A stretch of DNA of 64,000 bases from an uncultured Veillonella sp. (GTDB lineage: Bacteria; Bacillota; Negativicutes; Veillonellales; Veillonellaceae), in assembly GCA_900556785.1 (NCBI GenBank), contig USQK01000001.1, positions 2,415-66,414 on the forward strand, written 5' to 3'. Of this stretch, positions 12,539-23,212 are shown piece after piece (the first letter of the stretch is position 1; every line of letters starts with the position of its first letter). The notes below the pieces were generated by a model. It was not told the origin of the DNA and did no database searches. It saw only the letters and a list, made by a program, of their open reading frames with translations. The translations under genes were made by a program, and so were the position numbers.

Positions 12539-13198
12539 TTGGACATCTTATCTGTACAAGGTTTATTAGCGATGCTTCAGATCATCGTTATCGACATCTT
12601 ACTTGCTGGTGACAATGCCATTGTAATTGGTATGGCAGCTCGTAACTTGCCAGCACATTTACAGAAGAAAGCCATCTTCTGGGGCACAGCCGGTGCCATT
12701 ATTTTACGCCTTGTTATGGCATTCCTATTTGTAGAGGCATTGAACAATATTCCTGCACTTCGTTTAGTAGGTGGTATCCTCCTCTTATGGATTGGATACA
12801 AGCTCGTTGCCGATGATGAAAGCGAGCATAATATCGAAGCTAAGGATAATTTACGCGCAGCCATTACAACTATTGTTATTGCTGACGGTATCATGGGTAT
12901 CGATAATGTTATCGGTGTAGTTGGTGCTGCAGGTGGTCATATGACAATGGTAGCTATTGGTATGCTCATAACTGTACCAATCATCATTTATGGCAGTACT
13001 TTATTTGTGAAAGTCATCGAACGTTTCCCAATTATCCTATACGTTGGTGGCGGTATCCTTGGCTGGGTAGGTGCTGGTATGGCGGTAGAGGATACATTGA
13101 TTGCTCATAGTGTTGAACCATATGCACTGTTCATCAAAATAGCTGCAGTAATCCTCGTAGTAGGGGCATCTTTGATAGCTAAAAAACTCAAGAAATAA
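12539..13198 (+). CDS. TerC/YjbE family membrane protein
   Basis: IDILLAGDNAIVI and ADGIMGIDNV motifs; AAGGAGG RBS with TTG start. Confidence 0.92.
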   Translation: MDILSVQGLLAMLQIIVIDILLAGDNAIVIGMAARNLPAHLQKKAIFWGTAGAIILRLVMAFLFVEALNNIPALRLVGGILLLWIGYKLVADDESEHNIEAKDNLRAAITTIVIADGIMGIDNVIGVVGAAGGHMTMVAIGMLITVPIIIYGSTLFVKVIERFPIILYVGGGILGWVGAGMAVEDTLIAHSVEPYALFIKIAAVILVVGASLIAKKLKK

Positions 13199-13206
13199 TA
13201 GAATAT

Positions 13207-13240
13207 ATCTCTTCTCCTAATCATAGGAGGAGAGATTTTT
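13207..13240 (+). terminator. Intrinsic terminator
   Basis: ATCTCTTCTCCTA-ATCA-TAGGAGGAGAGAT followed by a T run. Confidence 0.75.
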
Positions 13241-13333
13241 TATGTAAACTATTAGCCCTCTTATAGATGAGAAAATAGAAAAATTATGGTATAGTTAAGG
13301 GATAGTTATTGAATTAATCGTTTGAATTGAGGT

Positions 13334-14011
13334 ATGTACGGAATGGAATTTTTAGAAGTTGCCACGTGGGTGACCATTGGTAAGATTATTTTAATTGATA
13401 TTTTGCTGGCTGGTGATAATGCTGTAGTAATTGGTATGGCAGCAGGTAAGCTAGCTCCAGAACTACAAAAGAAAGCCGTGATTTGGGGTACAGTAGGTGC
13501 CATTGTAATGCGCCTTGTATTTGCTACTCTTTTAGTAGAGGCTCTTACTTTAATTCCTCTTATTCACTTAGGTGGTGGCCTTGTACTTGTATGGATTGCC
13601 ATTCAATTATTAAAAGGTGGCGATGAAGATGCACATATCGAAGCTAAGAATTCATTAATGGGTGCCATTTGGACGATTATTGTAGCTGACGCTATGATGA
13701 GTATTGATAATGTCATCGGTGTAGTAGGGGCCGCTAGAGGTCATTTAGAGCTTGTTATTGCAGGTATGTTAATTACTGTTCCAATTATCGTATTTTGCTC
13801 TACATTATTTGCTCGAATTATTAATAAATTCCCTGCTATTCTTTGGGCTGGTGGTGCACTCCTTGGCTGGGTTGCAGGCGAAATGATTGTGGAAGATCCA
13901 CTTCTTATGCCATATATTCAAGGCGAAGAATTACTTGTGAAATTTGGTACTGTATTCTTCGTACTCATTGTGACTGGTATGATTAAAATTTGGAAGAAAA
14001 GAGACGCGTAA
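13334..14011 (+). CDS. TerC/YjbE family membrane protein (tandem paralog)
   Basis: IDILLAGDNAVVI and ADAMMSIDNV motifs; start may be ATG 13343. Confidence 0.92.
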   Translation: MYGMEFLEVATWVTIGKIILIDILLAGDNAVVIGMAAGKLAPELQKKAVIWGTVGAIVMRLVFATLLVEALTLIPLIHLGGGLVLVWIAIQLLKGGDEDAHIEAKNSLMGAIWTIIVADAMMSIDNVIGVVGAARGHLELVIAGMLITVPIIVFCSTLFARIINKFPAILWAGGALLGWVAGEMIVEDPLLMPYIQGEELLVKFGTVFFVLIVTGMIKIWKKRDA

Positions 14012-15498
14012 TGAACGGTACTAATCGTACATCTCGTAAAAAACAATCTAAACAACATAGAAGAAGTAATCGCTCTAATTCACAGCAAGCTATAAACGGC
14101 CAATTATCTAAAAAACAACAGGCTATTTTAAATGCGCCTGTTAAGTTTGGTGATGAAGTAATGGTAACAATTCATGGCATTGGTAGCAGCGGTGAAGGGG
14201 TAGGTCGTGTAGATGACTTTACTGTCTTTGTGCCTTTTGCCTTACCTGGAGAAACTGTGAAAGTAGCTATTGATATGGTTAAAAAAACCTATGCTACAGG
14301 GCGTCTCTTAGAAATTGTTACGATGGCTTCCAATCGTATCGATGCAAGTTGTGATCTTTATGGCTTCTGTGGAGGCTGCCAACTGCAACACATTACCTAT
14401 GAAGGTCAGCTTTCACTAAAAACACAAAAGGTGAAGGACGTTATCGAACGTATAGGCCATCAAAATCCAGACCTCGTCAAGCCAGCATTGGGACCTAAAG
14501 AACCGTGGGCCTATCGCAATAAGATGCAAATGCCTGTAGGTGGTACTAAAGACGATATTCAAATGGGCTTCTATGCGATGGGATCTCACGATATCGTGCA
14601 AGGTACAAACTGCCCTATTCAAGATGAAGGGAATAATATCATTGCTCAAGCGTGTTACCAAATCGCTAAAGAATTTGATATTGAACCATATGATGAACAT
14701 ACTGGCAAAGGTATACTACGCCATGTAATCGGTCGCATTGGACAATCTGGATGGATGATTATCCTTGTAACTGCTACAGATTACTTACCACACCAAGAAA
14801 AATGGGTAGTAAAATTAACAGAACGAATTCCTCAAGTAGAAACTATCGTTCATAATGTGAATAATAAGCGTACTAATGTCATATTAGGACCTAAGAATCA
14901 TATCCTCTACGGTGATGGAACGATTACAGACCATATTAAGGATCTACAGTTTACCTTATCCCCACATTCCTTCTTCCAAGTAAATCCAGAACAGACTACA
15001 GTGCTTTACGACCAAGCACTGGCTTATGCGGATCTAAAAGGGGATGAAACGGTTATCGATGCGTACTGTGGTACAGGTACTATTTCTTTGTTCTTAGCTC
15101 ATAAGGCAAAACATGTTATCGGCATAGAAATCGTAGAACCGGCCATTATCAATGCTCGTGAAAACGCCCAACGCAATGGTTATACTAATACAGAATTCAT
15201 CGTTGCTGATGCGGCTGTAGAAATGCCAAAACTCTATAAAGCAGGCGTACGTCCAGACGTTATCGTATTCGATCCAATTCGCGCAGGCTGCAAAGCAGAA
15301 GTACTAACCTCTGCAGCTGGTATGGAACCAAAACGCATTGTCTACGTATCCTGTAACCCAGCAACCATGGCACGAGACATTGAAATCCTAACACACTACG
15401 GATATGAACTACAAGAAGTACAACCCGTTGACATGTTCCCAATGACCGCTCACGTTGAGGCAGTGGCTTTGCTTACTAGGAACGAAGTGACGCAGTGA
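14011..15498 (+). CDS. rlmD: 23S rRNA (uracil-C5)-methyltransferase RlmD/RumA
   Basis: TRAM domain, CGGCQLQH Fe-S motif, SFFQVN, DAYCGTGT, YVSCNPAT, VDMFP.T.HVE; start at the TAATG overlap. Confidence 0.95.
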   Translation: MNGTNRTSRKKQSKQHRRSNRSNSQQAINGQLSKKQQAILNAPVKFGDEVMVTIHGIGSSGEGVGRVDDFTVFVPFALPGETVKVAIDMVKKTYATGRLLEIVTMASNRIDASCDLYGFCGGCQLQHITYEGQLSLKTQKVKDVIERIGHQNPDLVKPALGPKEPWAYRNKMQMPVGGTKDDIQMGFYAMGSHDIVQGTNCPIQDEGNNIIAQACYQIAKEFDIEPYDEHTGKGILRHVIGRIGQSGWMIILVTATDYLPHQEKWVVKLTERIPQVETIVHNVNNKRTNVILGPKNHILYGDGTITDHIKDLQFTLSPHSFFQVNPEQTTVLYDQALAYADLKGDETVIDAYCGTGTISLFLAHKAKHVIGIEIVEPAIINARENAQRNGYTNTEFIVADAAVEMPKLYKAGVRPDVIVFDPIRAGCKAEVLTSAAGMEPKRIVYVSCNPATMARDIEILTHYGYELQEVQPVDMFPMTAHVEAVALLTRNEVTQ

Positions 15499-15579
15499 GC
15501 ATTAGAATTCCCATGTTAAAGATGTCCATAATTTATGGAAAAGCTTATTTTTAAAAGTATATATTTTGTAGGTGAGATT

Positions 15580-16287
15580 ATGAACTTTAAGAAACAAATT
15601 ATTTTATTTTCAATTTTAGCTATGTCTGTTATGGCAGTATATGCTGAAGATATTAGTACTTATAATCCTCAAGTTATTGAGAAACACCAAATTACGAATG
15701 AAGATATTGCATCAGCAACATCTTATGGACAGTCTTTAGTAGAAAAGAAAAATATCAAAATGATATCTACTGCTAAGAAAAAGTTTATTAAAAGACGTTA
15801 TGGTGGAATTTTCCCAAGAAATGAATTGCAAGGTATCGTTTATGTTCAAACTCCATTCGCAATTTTTGCAAATACGGCATTGGAGGATGCTAGAGGTGTA
15901 GCAAGCACTTATTCAACAAGAAATGCTACTAATATATTACAGGTTAGATCTTTCCTTTATATGCCGGAAAGTAAGATGTATAATGATACTAATAATGTTG
16001 TTATATCTATAGTACAAAATGGATATACATATTATCCAATAGAAACAGTACGTGGCGATGATCAATATGAAGGTCCTGGCATGTGGGTAACAGTAGGTTA
16101 TCAATCATTATTTGAATTATCTAAGATTGATACTAATAGTCCTTTTGAAGTTCATATTAAGTCTGATGCGGTTAAGGTTGGAGATGCAGTAATTCAGTTT
16201 CCAGCATTAAATGCGTCAAATAAGTATGTTTTGGATGATTCTTATTCACTTTATAGAGGTGATGCAGTTTTTATTGATAAGAAATAA
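15580..16287 (+). CDS. Hypothetical exported protein
   Basis: Signal-peptide-like MNFKKQIILFSILAMSVMAVYA after an AGGTGA RBS; no domain recognised. Confidence 0.7.
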   Translation: MNFKKQIILFSILAMSVMAVYAEDISTYNPQVIEKHQITNEDIASATSYGQSLVEKKNIKMISTAKKKFIKRRYGGIFPRNELQGIVYVQTPFAIFANTALEDARGVASTYSTRNATNILQVRSFLYMPESKMYNDTNNVVISIVQNGYTYYPIETVRGDDQYEGPGMWVTVGYQSLFELSKIDTNSPFEVHIKSDAVKVGDAVIQFPALNASNKYVLDDSYSLYRGDAVFIDKK

Positions 16288-16352
16288 TATTTATTTAAGT
16301 GCATTGTTCAAGAACTGAATAAATCTAATTTTTTATTTATACCCAATATAAA

Positions 16353-16960
16353 AGCGTAGCTATAGAAGAAGGCACAATTGCATTTGGTCATGATGCTGGT
16401 GATGTTTCTGGCTATACAGTTAAATATCCAGATAAAGAAATCACCACACACTTAGGTTATAAAAAAACTGTGCCAGATTATGATAAAGCGCCTACAGTAA
16501 CGCCTACTACATACTCAGATGCTAAATATAATCGTTTGGTGAAAGTAGCTGATGGCGTTGATGCACATGATGCAGCAACAGTGGGTCAATTGGAAAATGC
16601 TATTAGCCAAGTGCAATCTGTTGGTACAAATTTAGAAACTACAGTGAATAAAGCGACTGCATCTAGTTATGCACTAGCTGCATTACAACCAAACTTCTCA
16701 GAAGGTGAAACCGGATTGGGTGTAGCCGTTGGCTTTGGTCATTATCATGGCAAAACAGCAACTGCTTTAGGTGCTTACTACCGTCCAAACCGCAATGTAC
16801 AATTAATGTAGGTACTGTGGTTGGCAATGGTAACCAAGGCTATAACGGTGGCCTTAGCTTTAAAGTAGGCCCTGAATCTAAATCAGCTCCATCCTCTACA
16901 GATGCTAGAATTGCTCAATTGGAAAAACGTATCCAAGAATTAGAGCAAGCTAAAAAATAA
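16353..16960 (+). pseudogene. YadA-like trimeric autotransporter C-terminal remnant (5' truncated, frameshifted)
   Basis: SVAIEEGTIAFG ... VADGVDAHDAATVGQL neck/stalk motif, anchor strands (VAVGFGHYHGKTATALG); 1-nt loss near 16803; shifted frame continues NVGTVVGNGNQGYNGGLSFKVG to TAA 16960. Confidence 0.85.
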
Positions 16961-17033
16961 TTAGAAAAAATAGATAAGATAAAAGCATCTATATACGTTT
17001 TTATCAAGTAGTAGGCAAAAATTTCTAATCTAT

Positions 17034-17068
17034 ATAGCACTAACTATGAAAATGGTTAGTGCTATTTT
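17034..17068 (+). terminator. Intrinsic terminator
   Basis: ATAGCACTAACTAT-GAAA-ATGGTTAGTGCTAT followed by TTT. Confidence 0.75.
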
Positions 17069-17350
17069 ATTTTACTTATGCAGATGCACCGTTTTATTGT
17101 TTAAAACTCCTGTAATAAGTATATTTTGTAAAATACTGAATGTTATCTTTTGTTTAGTATGGTTGTTTAATATACACTCTAGCTTATAAATGTAATATAA
17201 TTAGATTAATAAATATCATATTGAATTAATATGTTAGGATAAACTAACTAGGGTTAATTTACAAATATATTGATAACACATGGGGAAAATATTGTTATTT
17301 ACGTTAGGTTTAAAATGTATTTAATGAATAATGGGAGTGAAAAGTAGATT

Positions 17351-19642
17351 ATGAATGAATATCAAAGAGCAGTTGAGATTCTTAAAGATTATGTTAAATC
17401 TGAAGGTATTGAATTATTTTCTTCAGATATTTTAAAAAGCGAATTAGATGTATTTAAAGCTATCTTTTCACCAGAAAAGTTAAAAGGATTAGATGATACA
17501 AATCTTTTATCCACTATGTTCTATTCATTAGGTGATAATAAAAATACTTTATGCTATTGGCTTGAAATGAATGGTGATTGTAGAGAAAATTTTGGTAGTA
17601 TCGCAGGTGGATCTGCTTATAAATTTGGTTTATTTCAAAGTCAAAAATCTGGAAATTGGACAACTGGATATTCACAAAACCCAGTAGAACTATCAGTAGA
17701 AAATGCAGTAAAGCTTGGCAAAGAAATTCGTGATGCACTAGTAAAAGGGGTTAATATAATACGTGATGCAAAATTAGAAACGGTTCAAGATTATGAAAGA
17801 TTGGATGATAAATTAAAAATTGAGGTTGGAGAAAAATATTATGAATTAGGGTGGGTACATAAATATTTTTCTATGATTTGTAATGATAAATTAAGCGGAT
17901 TTCATACTTCCGATTGGCAAAAGCATGTACTTAGAGCTTTAAAAATTAAACCAAGTGAAAAAACATATGGTCGAAGTGGTCAGATTTCAATAATACAAAA
18001 TTTGGCTGGATGGTATTATAAGCAATTTTTAGATATATTCAGAAACCGTTTTGGTGAGGTGCGTCAATTTATTCGTTTGGGATGTTCAGATTCAACAAAA
18101 AATTATGTAAGTGAATGGCATAATCAGGGTGTCGTTGGATTTGGATATCCTAAAATAGGCGATTTGACGCAAAAAAATTTAAAAAAAGATATAGATAAAG
18201 TTGTTATTCAACGAGAGCTTGAAGAAAGTTATTTTTTTTCAGATAAGAAAGTTGCATCTAGAATAGCAGGGGAACTATTTAGATTTTATAAAAGTGATAA
18301 TAATACAGTATTTGTTATCATGGAAGGCGAGAAGTTAATAGCATGTGTTGATGAAATAGGAGAATATTCGTTTAATTCATCGTCAGAGATGCCACATCAG
18401 AAGAAAGCAAATTGGAAATTGTTTTTTGATGCTGGGGAGAAACTGCCAGAAAAGACTGAAGGGTTGCGTACAATCTGTTATCCTTTCCATAAATCTGATA
18501 ATCTATTATTTTTATATAATCGATATTATTATGGTAAAGAAAATAGTGAAATCGTAAAAGATAAGGATAAAAGGAATATAAACCACGAAAAGGTTATTAA
18601 TTTTTATACTAAAATTCAATCCTCTTTTGAACGCAATCGTATAATATTTGGAGCACCAGGTACAGGAAAGAGTTTTAATTTAAATAAGGATGCTGAGGAA
18701 TTACTGCAAGATGATTATGATGATAATTTAGAGCGAATAACTTTCCACCCAGATTACTCATATGCAAATTTTGTAGGAACTTATAAGCCAGTTCCTATTA
18801 AAAGCGATGAGAAGGATTCAATTACGTATGCATATGTTCCAGGACCTTTTATGCGTATTTATGTGGAGGCTTTAAAGAATAGTCGTACAGATAGAGTTAA
18901 ACCGTTCTTATTATTAATAGAAGAGATTAATCGTGCGAATGTAGCAGCTGTTTTCGGGGATATTTTTCAGCTGTTAGATAGAGATTCTAATAATGTAAGT
19001 GAGTACCCTATTCATGCCTCTGAAGATATAAAGAATTATTTAGCATATGAACTTGGAGGAAAGCCTGAAGAGTATAGTAAGTTGAGGCTTCCAGATAATA
19101 TGTTTATATGGGCGTCTATGAATAGTGCCGATCAAGGTGTATTCCCAATGGATACGGCATTTAAAAGACGCTGGAGCTTTCAGTATTTAGGTATAGATGA
19201 TGGGGATAAGGACGTAAGTGGAAAGTATGTATATCTTGGGGGTAAAGAAAAGCAAAAGATAGAGTGGAATCAACTCCGTAAAGCAATAAATGAGTTTCTT
19301 GCAAATGAAAATATTAATGAGGATAAACAGCTGGGCCCTTATTTCATTTCTAAACATAGCTTACTATCAGATAATAATAAAATTGATAGTGATAAATTTT
19401 GTGAAGTTTTTAAACATAAAGTACTTATGTATTTATTTGAAGATGCTGCGAGACAAAAACGATCAAAGCTATTTGCAAATAGTAAATATGGACACACTAG
19501 ATACTCAAAAATATGTGAAGCTTTTGATGAACAAGGTGTAGAAATTTTTCATAAAGATATTCAAGCTAATATTAATATTGAAAGAATTAAGCCGGTATCT
19601 TCTGAATCAGATAATAGTGATTTATTACAAGCGGATAATTAG
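17351..19642 (+). CDS. McrB-like AAA+ GTPase with long N-terminal region
   Basis: GAPGTGKS Walker A, ITFHPDYSYANFVG, LIEEINRAN, MNSAD (NxxD), MDTAFKRRW. Confidence 0.92.
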   Translation: MNEYQRAVEILKDYVKSEGIELFSSDILKSELDVFKAIFSPEKLKGLDDTNLLSTMFYSLGDNKNTLCYWLEMNGDCRENFGSIAGGSAYKFGLFQSQKSGNWTTGYSQNPVELSVENAVKLGKEIRDALVKGVNIIRDAKLETVQDYERLDDKLKIEVGEKYYELGWVHKYFSMICNDKLSGFHTSDWQKHVLRALKIKPSEKTYGRSGQISIIQNLAGWYYKQFLDIFRNRFGEVRQFIRLGCSDSTKNYVSEWHNQGVVGFGYPKIGDLTQKNLKKDIDKVVIQRELEESYFFSDKKVASRIAGELFRFYKSDNNTVFVIMEGEKLIACVDEIGEYSFNSSSEMPHQKKANWKLFFDAGEKLPEKTEGLRTICYPFHKSDNLLFLYNRYYYGKENSEIVKDKDKRNINHEKVINFYTKIQSSFERNRIIFGAPGTGKSFNLNKDAEELLQDDYDDNLERITFHPDYSYANFVGTYKPVPIKSDEKDSITYAYVPGPFMRIYVEALKNSRTDRVKPFLLLIEEINRANVAAVFGDIFQLLDRDSNNVSEYPIHASEDIKNYLAYELGGKPEEYSKLRLPDNMFIWASMNSADQGVFPMDTAFKRRWSFQYLGIDDGDKDVSGKYVYLGGKEKQKIEWNQLRKAINEFLANENINEDKQLGPYFISKHSLLSDNNKIDSDKFCEVFKHKVLMYLFEDAARQKRSKLFANSKYGHTRYSKICEAFDEQGVEIFHKDIQANINIERIKPVSSESDNSDLLQADN

Positions 19643-19656
19643 GAGCGAGACTAATT

Positions 19657-21096
19657 ATGATTTCTGTATTTTTAAGAGAGCAGAAACGATATTCACAAAA
19701 AGAGCTTCTCGAGATATTTGATTGTTCCGAAGAGCAGTTAGATTTAATTATTAGTAAGTTAAAAGAATTTGGAATATTGAAAATAGTAAGGAAATCGAGT
19801 CCTCAACTTAATATGTCTGATCTTGTTGATGAGTATGTAGAAATTATTCCTATAGAAGCTATTGGTAAAGATTGTTATTATGCATTTATTTTTGTTGGTA
19901 TTTTAATAGTAGCTGGACGAATTCTCAAATGTTATCCTAAGTATCTATGTAGTGTTGATAATCCGATAAAGGAATTACGAGTTGTTTGTAAAGTTATAGA
20001 GAAGTATAGTTCAAAAGAACAAATCATATATATGTTAAATGATTATACGGGGAATAGCTCTTTTAATTTATTAGCAGTCCTATTGTTCCTTATGCATGAT
20101 TACTTTGAAAATGGTATCTATAATAATTCAAAAAATATACTTGAAGTTAATGGTTCAGGAGAAGTTTTATGGGATAAAACTATAAATGAAACTTTTTCAA
20201 TACTTTCAAACAATAGACCATATTATGTTGAGATACAGACAAAGAAAAGAGTTAATGATAATTTTGATTATTTTAAACGTCTTCATGAATGTATTTTGAC
20301 ACTCATATCAAAAGAGTTGATGGAGGCAGATCTACTATCTTTATTTGAACTTACTCCTATTGATTTAACTGATGAATGTTTAATTGAGTTTGGCGATAGG
20401 GAATATATATTATATAGAATTGAAAATGAGTTAAATATAGAGTTTAATACTAGGAAGCAATTAGTATTAAAGGGAATTTATGCATATATTAAGCATGGTG
20501 GACAGTTAGACTACAAAGATGGAATTTCTTTTTTTGGAACTAATTCTTTTAATCTAGTATGGGAATGTGTTTGTAGTGAAATTCTGAATAATCAATTAGA
20601 TATTCCCTTAGGACAATTAAGATTGCCCGTTACGTTAAATAAAGAGTATAATTCACAAACTAAATTGATCGATTTAATAGAGAAACCATTTTGGTCAATA
20701 ATTGATAAAGAAGCTAAAGATACGCTTACTCCTGATTTGATTACAATATTTAAGAATCAATTTTATATTTTTGATGCAAAATACTATACTCCAAATTTGA
20801 AACATGGAGAATCACCTAAAGGACAACCCGGTATTGAATCAATTTATAAACAATACCTTTATCAATTAGCGTATAAAAAATTTATAGATGCTCATGGTTT
20901 TGAAGGGGTTAAGAATTGCTTTTTACTTCCAACAGAAGAGGATACTATCATAGATTTAGGAGAAGTATCTATGAAAATGTTTTCAAATCAAGGATTAGAA
21001 AACATAAGTGTTAGATGTATTCCTGCAAGCCTTGCATATGATTTTTATCTTTTAGGCAAAAAACTAGATATAAATATGCTTAAATTAAATAATTGA
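19657..21096 (+). CDS. LlaJI-family / McrC-like PD-(D/E)xK restriction endonuclease subunit
   Basis: GEVLWDKTI, FNLVWECVC, TPDL...FDAKYY, PGIESIYKQYLY; directly follows the McrB-like gene. Confidence 0.85.
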   Translation: MISVFLREQKRYSQKELLEIFDCSEEQLDLIISKLKEFGILKIVRKSSPQLNMSDLVDEYVEIIPIEAIGKDCYYAFIFVGILIVAGRILKCYPKYLCSVDNPIKELRVVCKVIEKYSSKEQIIYMLNDYTGNSSFNLLAVLLFLMHDYFENGIYNNSKNILEVNGSGEVLWDKTINETFSILSNNRPYYVEIQTKKRVNDNFDYFKRLHECILTLISKELMEADLLSLFELTPIDLTDECLIEFGDREYILYRIENELNIEFNTRKQLVLKGIYAYIKHGGQLDYKDGISFFGTNSFNLVWECVCSEILNNQLDIPLGQLRLPVTLNKEYNSQTKLIDLIEKPFWSIIDKEAKDTLTPDLITIFKNQFYIFDAKYYTPNLKHGESPKGQPGIESIYKQYLYQLAYKKFIDAHGFEGVKNCFLLPTEEDTIIDLGEVSMKMFSNQGLENISVRCIPASLAYDFYLLGKKLDINMLKLNN

Positions 21097-21230
21097 TAAT
21101 TCTTGAGCGATTTTAAATTTTAAACAACGGTACATATAATATTAATATTAAAGATTAAATTATATTAGAGAGAGTTTTTAGATATTAACTTTATAGATAT
21201 CATGAAGTAAAAATCAAGGGAGGGATTAAC

Positions 21231-22024
21231 ATGTTAGGAGCAATCATTGGTGATATAGTCGGTTCACGATTTGAATTTAATAATTATAGACACAAGGACT
21301 TTGATTTCTTTACAGATTAATGCGTGTTAACTGATGATAGTATCATGACACTTGCCATAGCAAAGGCAATTCTTATGAGTCAACCAGATTACAGTGATCT
21401 TTCTAAGAATGCAGTGGAATGCATGCAAACGATTGGAAGATGCTATCCCGGCTATGGATATGGTAATCGGTTCTATAGATGGATCTTCGCAGAGGATCTT
21501 AAGCCATATAATAGCTATGGTAATGGTTCTGCCATGCGAGTTAGTGCTGCTGGATTTGTGGCACATAGTTTGGATGAAGCAAAGCTTCTATCTAAATTAG
21601 TTACTGAGGTCACTCATAACCATCCTGAAGGTATGAAGGGGGCGGAGGCGACTGCAGTTGCCATATATCTAGCTAAAACCGGAAAGGATCTACTCGAAAT
21701 CAGAGATTATATTAACCAGTATTATTACACGATGGATTTCACACTGGATGAAATCAGAGACACCTATAGATTCGATGAAAGTTGCCAAGGCACAGTTCCA
21801 CAAGCACTGCAAGCCTTCTTTGAATCCACTGATTTTGAAGATGCTATTCGTAATGCCATCTTAATAGGTGGTGACAGTGATACTGTTGCTGCTATTTGTG
21901 GTGGTGTAGCACAGGCCTATTATGGTATTCCAACGGATATTAGAAAACAGGCTATGTCGTTTTAGACACTAAGCTACTAGGCATATTGACGTCTTTTGAA
22001 GAAAAGTATCTGTCTGCTATATAA
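21231..22024 (+). pseudogene. ADP-ribosylglycohydrolase (DraG/ARH family), disrupted
   Basis: RBS then MLGAIIGDIVGSRFEF; in-frame TAA at 21318-21320; TDDS, GNGSAMR, THNHPEG and GGDSDT motifs; probable second frameshift near 21960. Confidence 0.88.
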
Positions 22025-22122
22025 TTTATGTTTCAATAATGATGACTCATATAGATGTATAATAAAGATACATATGTCGAAATAGCGTTATATTTAATTG
22101 AAAATTTGTTGAAAGGTTTCAT

Positions 22123-23184
22123 ATGATACATCTTAAGGACTTAGGCAGTTTTGAATCTGTGCCAAAGTTAGTGACAGATATTATAAATGGAAATATAACA
22201 GCACTTGAAAGCGCATTAAATAGTGGTTGGGATATAGATGATCCTGTACAAATTGGTAAATATAGTGAGTATTCCCCTCTAGAATTGGCGTTAGTAATGA
22301 ATTGTTTACCAAGTGTTCAATGGTTAGTTGAACATGGAGCAGATTTAAATGATGAAGAAAATCCAAGTTTCTTGTTAGCTGTACGGTATGCTGACCAAAA
22401 AGTAATAGATTATGTTGTAAATCATGGTGCCAATATTCACGCCTTGAACGCTGTGGAGGTAGATGCTTTTCAAGCTGCCTTATATGGCAAGAAATATGAG
22501 AACCTACAACGGATTCATGACTTAGGCCATACCGTGCAGAAATATGGCGGTAAAGCTTTCAGAAATGCCATTACAGGCAAAAATTATGAAGTCCTAGATT
22601 TCTTTATCCATAATGGTGTAGATATTAATTATAACAAACCTGATTCTGTGTATCCATTTAAGCCAACCCCACTATGTGTAGCGGCTCGGTACGTAGATTT
22701 ACAGATGTGTAAATACTTGGTAGAACATGGTGCGGATGCAACTATCACGGAAAAGGATGGTATGCGTCCTTATAGCATTGCCATTGAACGTGGCGATATG
22801 GAAATGGCGGAGTATTTTAAAACATTAGAGCCTGCAGAGTACCATGATAAACAAAATAAAATGGATCAATTGAAACCTTTTAAACTACCAAAAGCATTAG
22901 TTGTATTTTTAGAGTCTGATAATCTTTATTTTGAATTGCCAGATTCTGATTTTATATCCATAAAATTTTTTCCTCTCATTGATACAATTCCATTTAAAGT
23001 AGGCCGCCGTAAACTATTACGACTATCTAAAGAGCTAGGCGAGTATAACGATTGGCAAGTTGTGTGGGACCCTAAAACTAAAAAAATCGCTTGTTATGAT
23101 ATAGAACATCAAGAATTACGAGAGCTTTGTAAGTTTGATGAGTTTATGGCAGATATGGCAGGTCAATTAGAAACCTTGTTTTAA
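22123..23184 (+). CDS. Ankyrin-repeat protein with C-terminal SUKH/SMI1-like region
   Basis: Repeated SPL/TPL..A and L..HGAD ankyrin units; C-terminal LPKALVVFL...VVWDP...YDIEH...FDEFM. Confidence 0.8.
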   Translation: MIHLKDLGSFESVPKLVTDIINGNITALESALNSGWDIDDPVQIGKYSEYSPLELALVMNCLPSVQWLVEHGADLNDEENPSFLLAVRYADQKVIDYVVNHGANIHALNAVEVDAFQAALYGKKYENLQRIHDLGHTVQKYGGKAFRNAITGKNYEVLDFFIHNGVDINYNKPDSVYPFKPTPLCVAARYVDLQMCKYLVEHGADATITEKDGMRPYSIAIERGDMEMAEYFKTLEPAEYHDKQNKMDQLKPFKLPKALVVFLESDNLYFELPDSDFISIKFFPLIDTIPFKVGRRKLLRLSKELGEYNDWQVVWDPKTKKIACYDIEHQELRELCKFDEFMADMAGQLETLF

Positions 23185-23212
23185 TGTAAATTGTACAGCA
23201 GAGGAGATACAT

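Noticed and set aside
21324..21965. Intact 213-aa ADP-ribosylglycohydrolase
   Set aside because: The true start with RBS is at 21231 and is cut by an in-frame TAA; this ORF is a pseudogene fragment.
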